64,000 bases of DNA. It comes from Lytechinus pictus. Taxonomy: Eukaryota. The notes beneath the pieces are model-generated. The model made no database searches and was not told where the DNA came from. It saw only the letters and a program-made list of their open reading frames with translations. Shown in pieces: positions 61,985-64,000 of this stretch (position 1 is its first letter; each line of letters opens with the position of its first letter). Location: positions 28,150,001-28,214,000 of the forward strand of contig NC_087250.1 in assembly GCF_037042905.1 (NCBI RefSeq), given 5' to 3'. A program made the position numbers and the translations under genes.

Positions 61985-63377
61985 ATATACCTATACCCAC
62001 CAAAACGGAATACATAAGATGCCTCATAGAAAAAATCGAAAGCGTGATGAAACGAATGCGATGGAGAGCACACTTTAATTCTTTCATACGGGATCATCTA
62101 CAGGTGATAACGATGGCGACAGTGATACCGAGGAAGCACTGAAAAACTACGGCCTTCGGTCTAAACGCACACCACCCCAAGTTGAAGAAATGGCGGGTTT
62201 TGAGATCGAAGGACATGCTCAGCATGGTGGACACCCTTCAATTCAGGCAAGTGAACAATCAATTTCAATCTAATCTCAATAAAGATAACCACTCTGAAAG
62301 TGGAATGCCTCTGGCGGTCTCACCTGCATCACGCGATTCAATATAGCAGCAGTGCTGACTTTGAAAACTACTATAACTCGCACAAGATGTTCTCAGTGAT
62401 ACCTGGTTACTCTTATTTCCACGTTTTATGAACTAGACCAATACACTTACATAGGTATGATGGTAATTCAACATATACCCCAACGTGGCCAAAGTTCATT
62501 GACCCTAAATGACCTTTGACCTTGATCATGTGACCTGAAACTTGCACAGGATGTTCAATGGTACTTGATTAACCTTATATCTAAGTTTCATAAACTAGGA
62601 CCATATACTTTCTAAGTTATGATGTCATTTCAAAAACTTAACCTCAGGTTAAGATTTGATGTTGACGCCGCCGCCGCCGTCGGAAAAGCGGCGCCTATAG
62701 TATCACTCTGCTATGCAGGTGAGACAACAAATAAACACTTCTGAGAAGGTATTTGTCCAGGCGGATAAAACCAGAAATATGTATTTGATGAAACCTGAAA
62801 AGTACAATAAAGCTACTAACCGATAATATCACTAAAAATATAAGAGAGCAGAACCAGAAGCAACAATAGGAATTCGACAGAATAACTGTGGCCCTTAACA
62901 TCCGAGACCAAATAGGCAACACTGCTCATCATCCAGCTTTCATCACCATAAAAGACCATACAGAAAACTTCAGAAACAGCCCAAAAGCCAGACTAATAAA
63001 CCCCACCAAATCCGAACTATGTAAAGTAAGTAAACAGATGCTTGACCGTATAAACAACGACATTAGGAAGAAAACTAAAGAAAACCGGTGGATTACTGGA
63101 TTAGCACTGCGAATGTCATCGAATGGTTTACAAAGTTACCCGATAAAAACACGCTCACTTTTTTGGTCTTCTACATAGTCGACGTCTACCCCTCTATCTC
63201 CCAAGACCTCCTCCTCAAATGATTTAAGTGGGCTGAAAGGTACACCTCTCTCAGTAATATCGAAAAAGACACCATCATGCATGCTAGAAGAACTCTCCTC
63301 TTTGACAACAGCAATGAACCTTGGATAAAAAGGGAGGCACAACGCCAATTCGATGTCTCAATGGGGGCCTACGACAA
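61985..63377 (+). pseudogene. Degenerate Penelope-like RT fragment (N-terminal part to the FDVSMG motif), split by an insertion
   Basis: KRMRWRAHF, YGLRSKRTPPQV, ADKTRNMY, AFITIKDHTENF..RLINPTKSEL, DVYPSISQDLL, FDVSMGAYD; several frameshifts and stops. Confidence 0.8.
62298..62730 (-). mobile_element. Helentron-associated non-autonomous element (HINE/DINE-like architecture)
   Basis: Subterminal inverted repeats gtctcacctgcat (~62316) / atgcaggtgagac (~62713), (gcc)n run, internal ~160-bp repeat, short stem gcctctggc; no TSD. Confidence 0.7.
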
Positions 63378-63756
63378 CTGTTAAGGTCTTAAAGTGTTAA
63401 CTACTGCTATCGCGTAACTCGCTCTCTAGCTTATTGAAAATGTGTCCAGTGTGTGCGCGCACTGCCTCTGTGTTTGCCTCTGTGTTGTTTGGGATCGGAT
63501 GCACGCATATATAGGATCCTCTACATGCACAAGCACACGATTGCCTCCTACATGTATGATTTGCTCTTAATGAAAAATATGCTGCACTTTTTTACCAAGT
63601 TACTATATGTCCTAAATTTCTTTTTTATTTGTATTTTTAGAATGGACTTCAAACCAAAAAGGATGAAAAACTTAACCAGAAGCATATAGAGTGGTTTGTG
63701 CGTGAATATTTTACAAATTAGAATAACATGGATTGAAAAAAGTAAAGGCTGGGGCC

Positions 63757-64000
63757 AGTGGCGTACCGTGGGTCACGGCATTGGGGGGGGCACCTGCAAA
63801 AATTTTGAGTCACTTAGTGAGCGCGCGAAGCGCTCTCAGTTGCCAGGTATACTGACCCAATAGAGACACTGATTTTAAGGACAATGCCATTGAACAGATA
63901 TATGTATCTCACTGGCCAAATAATGCGAGCGCGAAGCGCGAGCTGAAAATTTTTGATATTCAGACCTAATAAGGGACATTATAGTCAAATTTTTGTAATC
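63757..64000 (+). mobile_element. Start of another CAGTGGCGTA MITE, runs off the window
   Basis: cagtggcgtacc..poly-G and gcgagcgcgaagcgcgagc repeats as at 3350-3730. Confidence 0.65.

Overview
This is AT-rich eukaryotic DNA made almost entirely of transposable elements and repeats. The repeat families suggest a marine invertebrate, possibly a sea urchin (inference). No host protein-coding gene or functional RNA gene can be supported. Main contents: (1) a near spacer-less foldback palindrome of more than 2.5 kb at the left edge; (2) a stack of about seven nested insertions at 4.5-14.4 kb that can be unpeeled by target-site duplications (TSDs), including a 7.3 kb element with branched terminal hairpins and a 9-bp TSD; (3) an 8.9 kb insertion with 11-bp inverted ends and no clear TSD; (4) a 3.9 kb TIR element carrying YY1-motif and 32-bp tandem arrays; (5) fragments of L2/CR1, R4/Dong and Penelope-like retroelements; (6) two young, full-length, tail-to-tail Ty3/gypsy LTR retrotransposons at 40460-47592 (+) and 47771-58388 (-). 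The first has a Gag carrying about 12 tandem 29-aa repeats; the second has 1954-bp LTRs and an extra partial LTR at its 3' end. I found no clearly new biological system. The best candidates for novelty are the hairpin-ended element, the repeat-bearing Gag and the TSD-less 8.9 kb insertion. All alignments were done by eye, so boundaries marked ~ are approximate.
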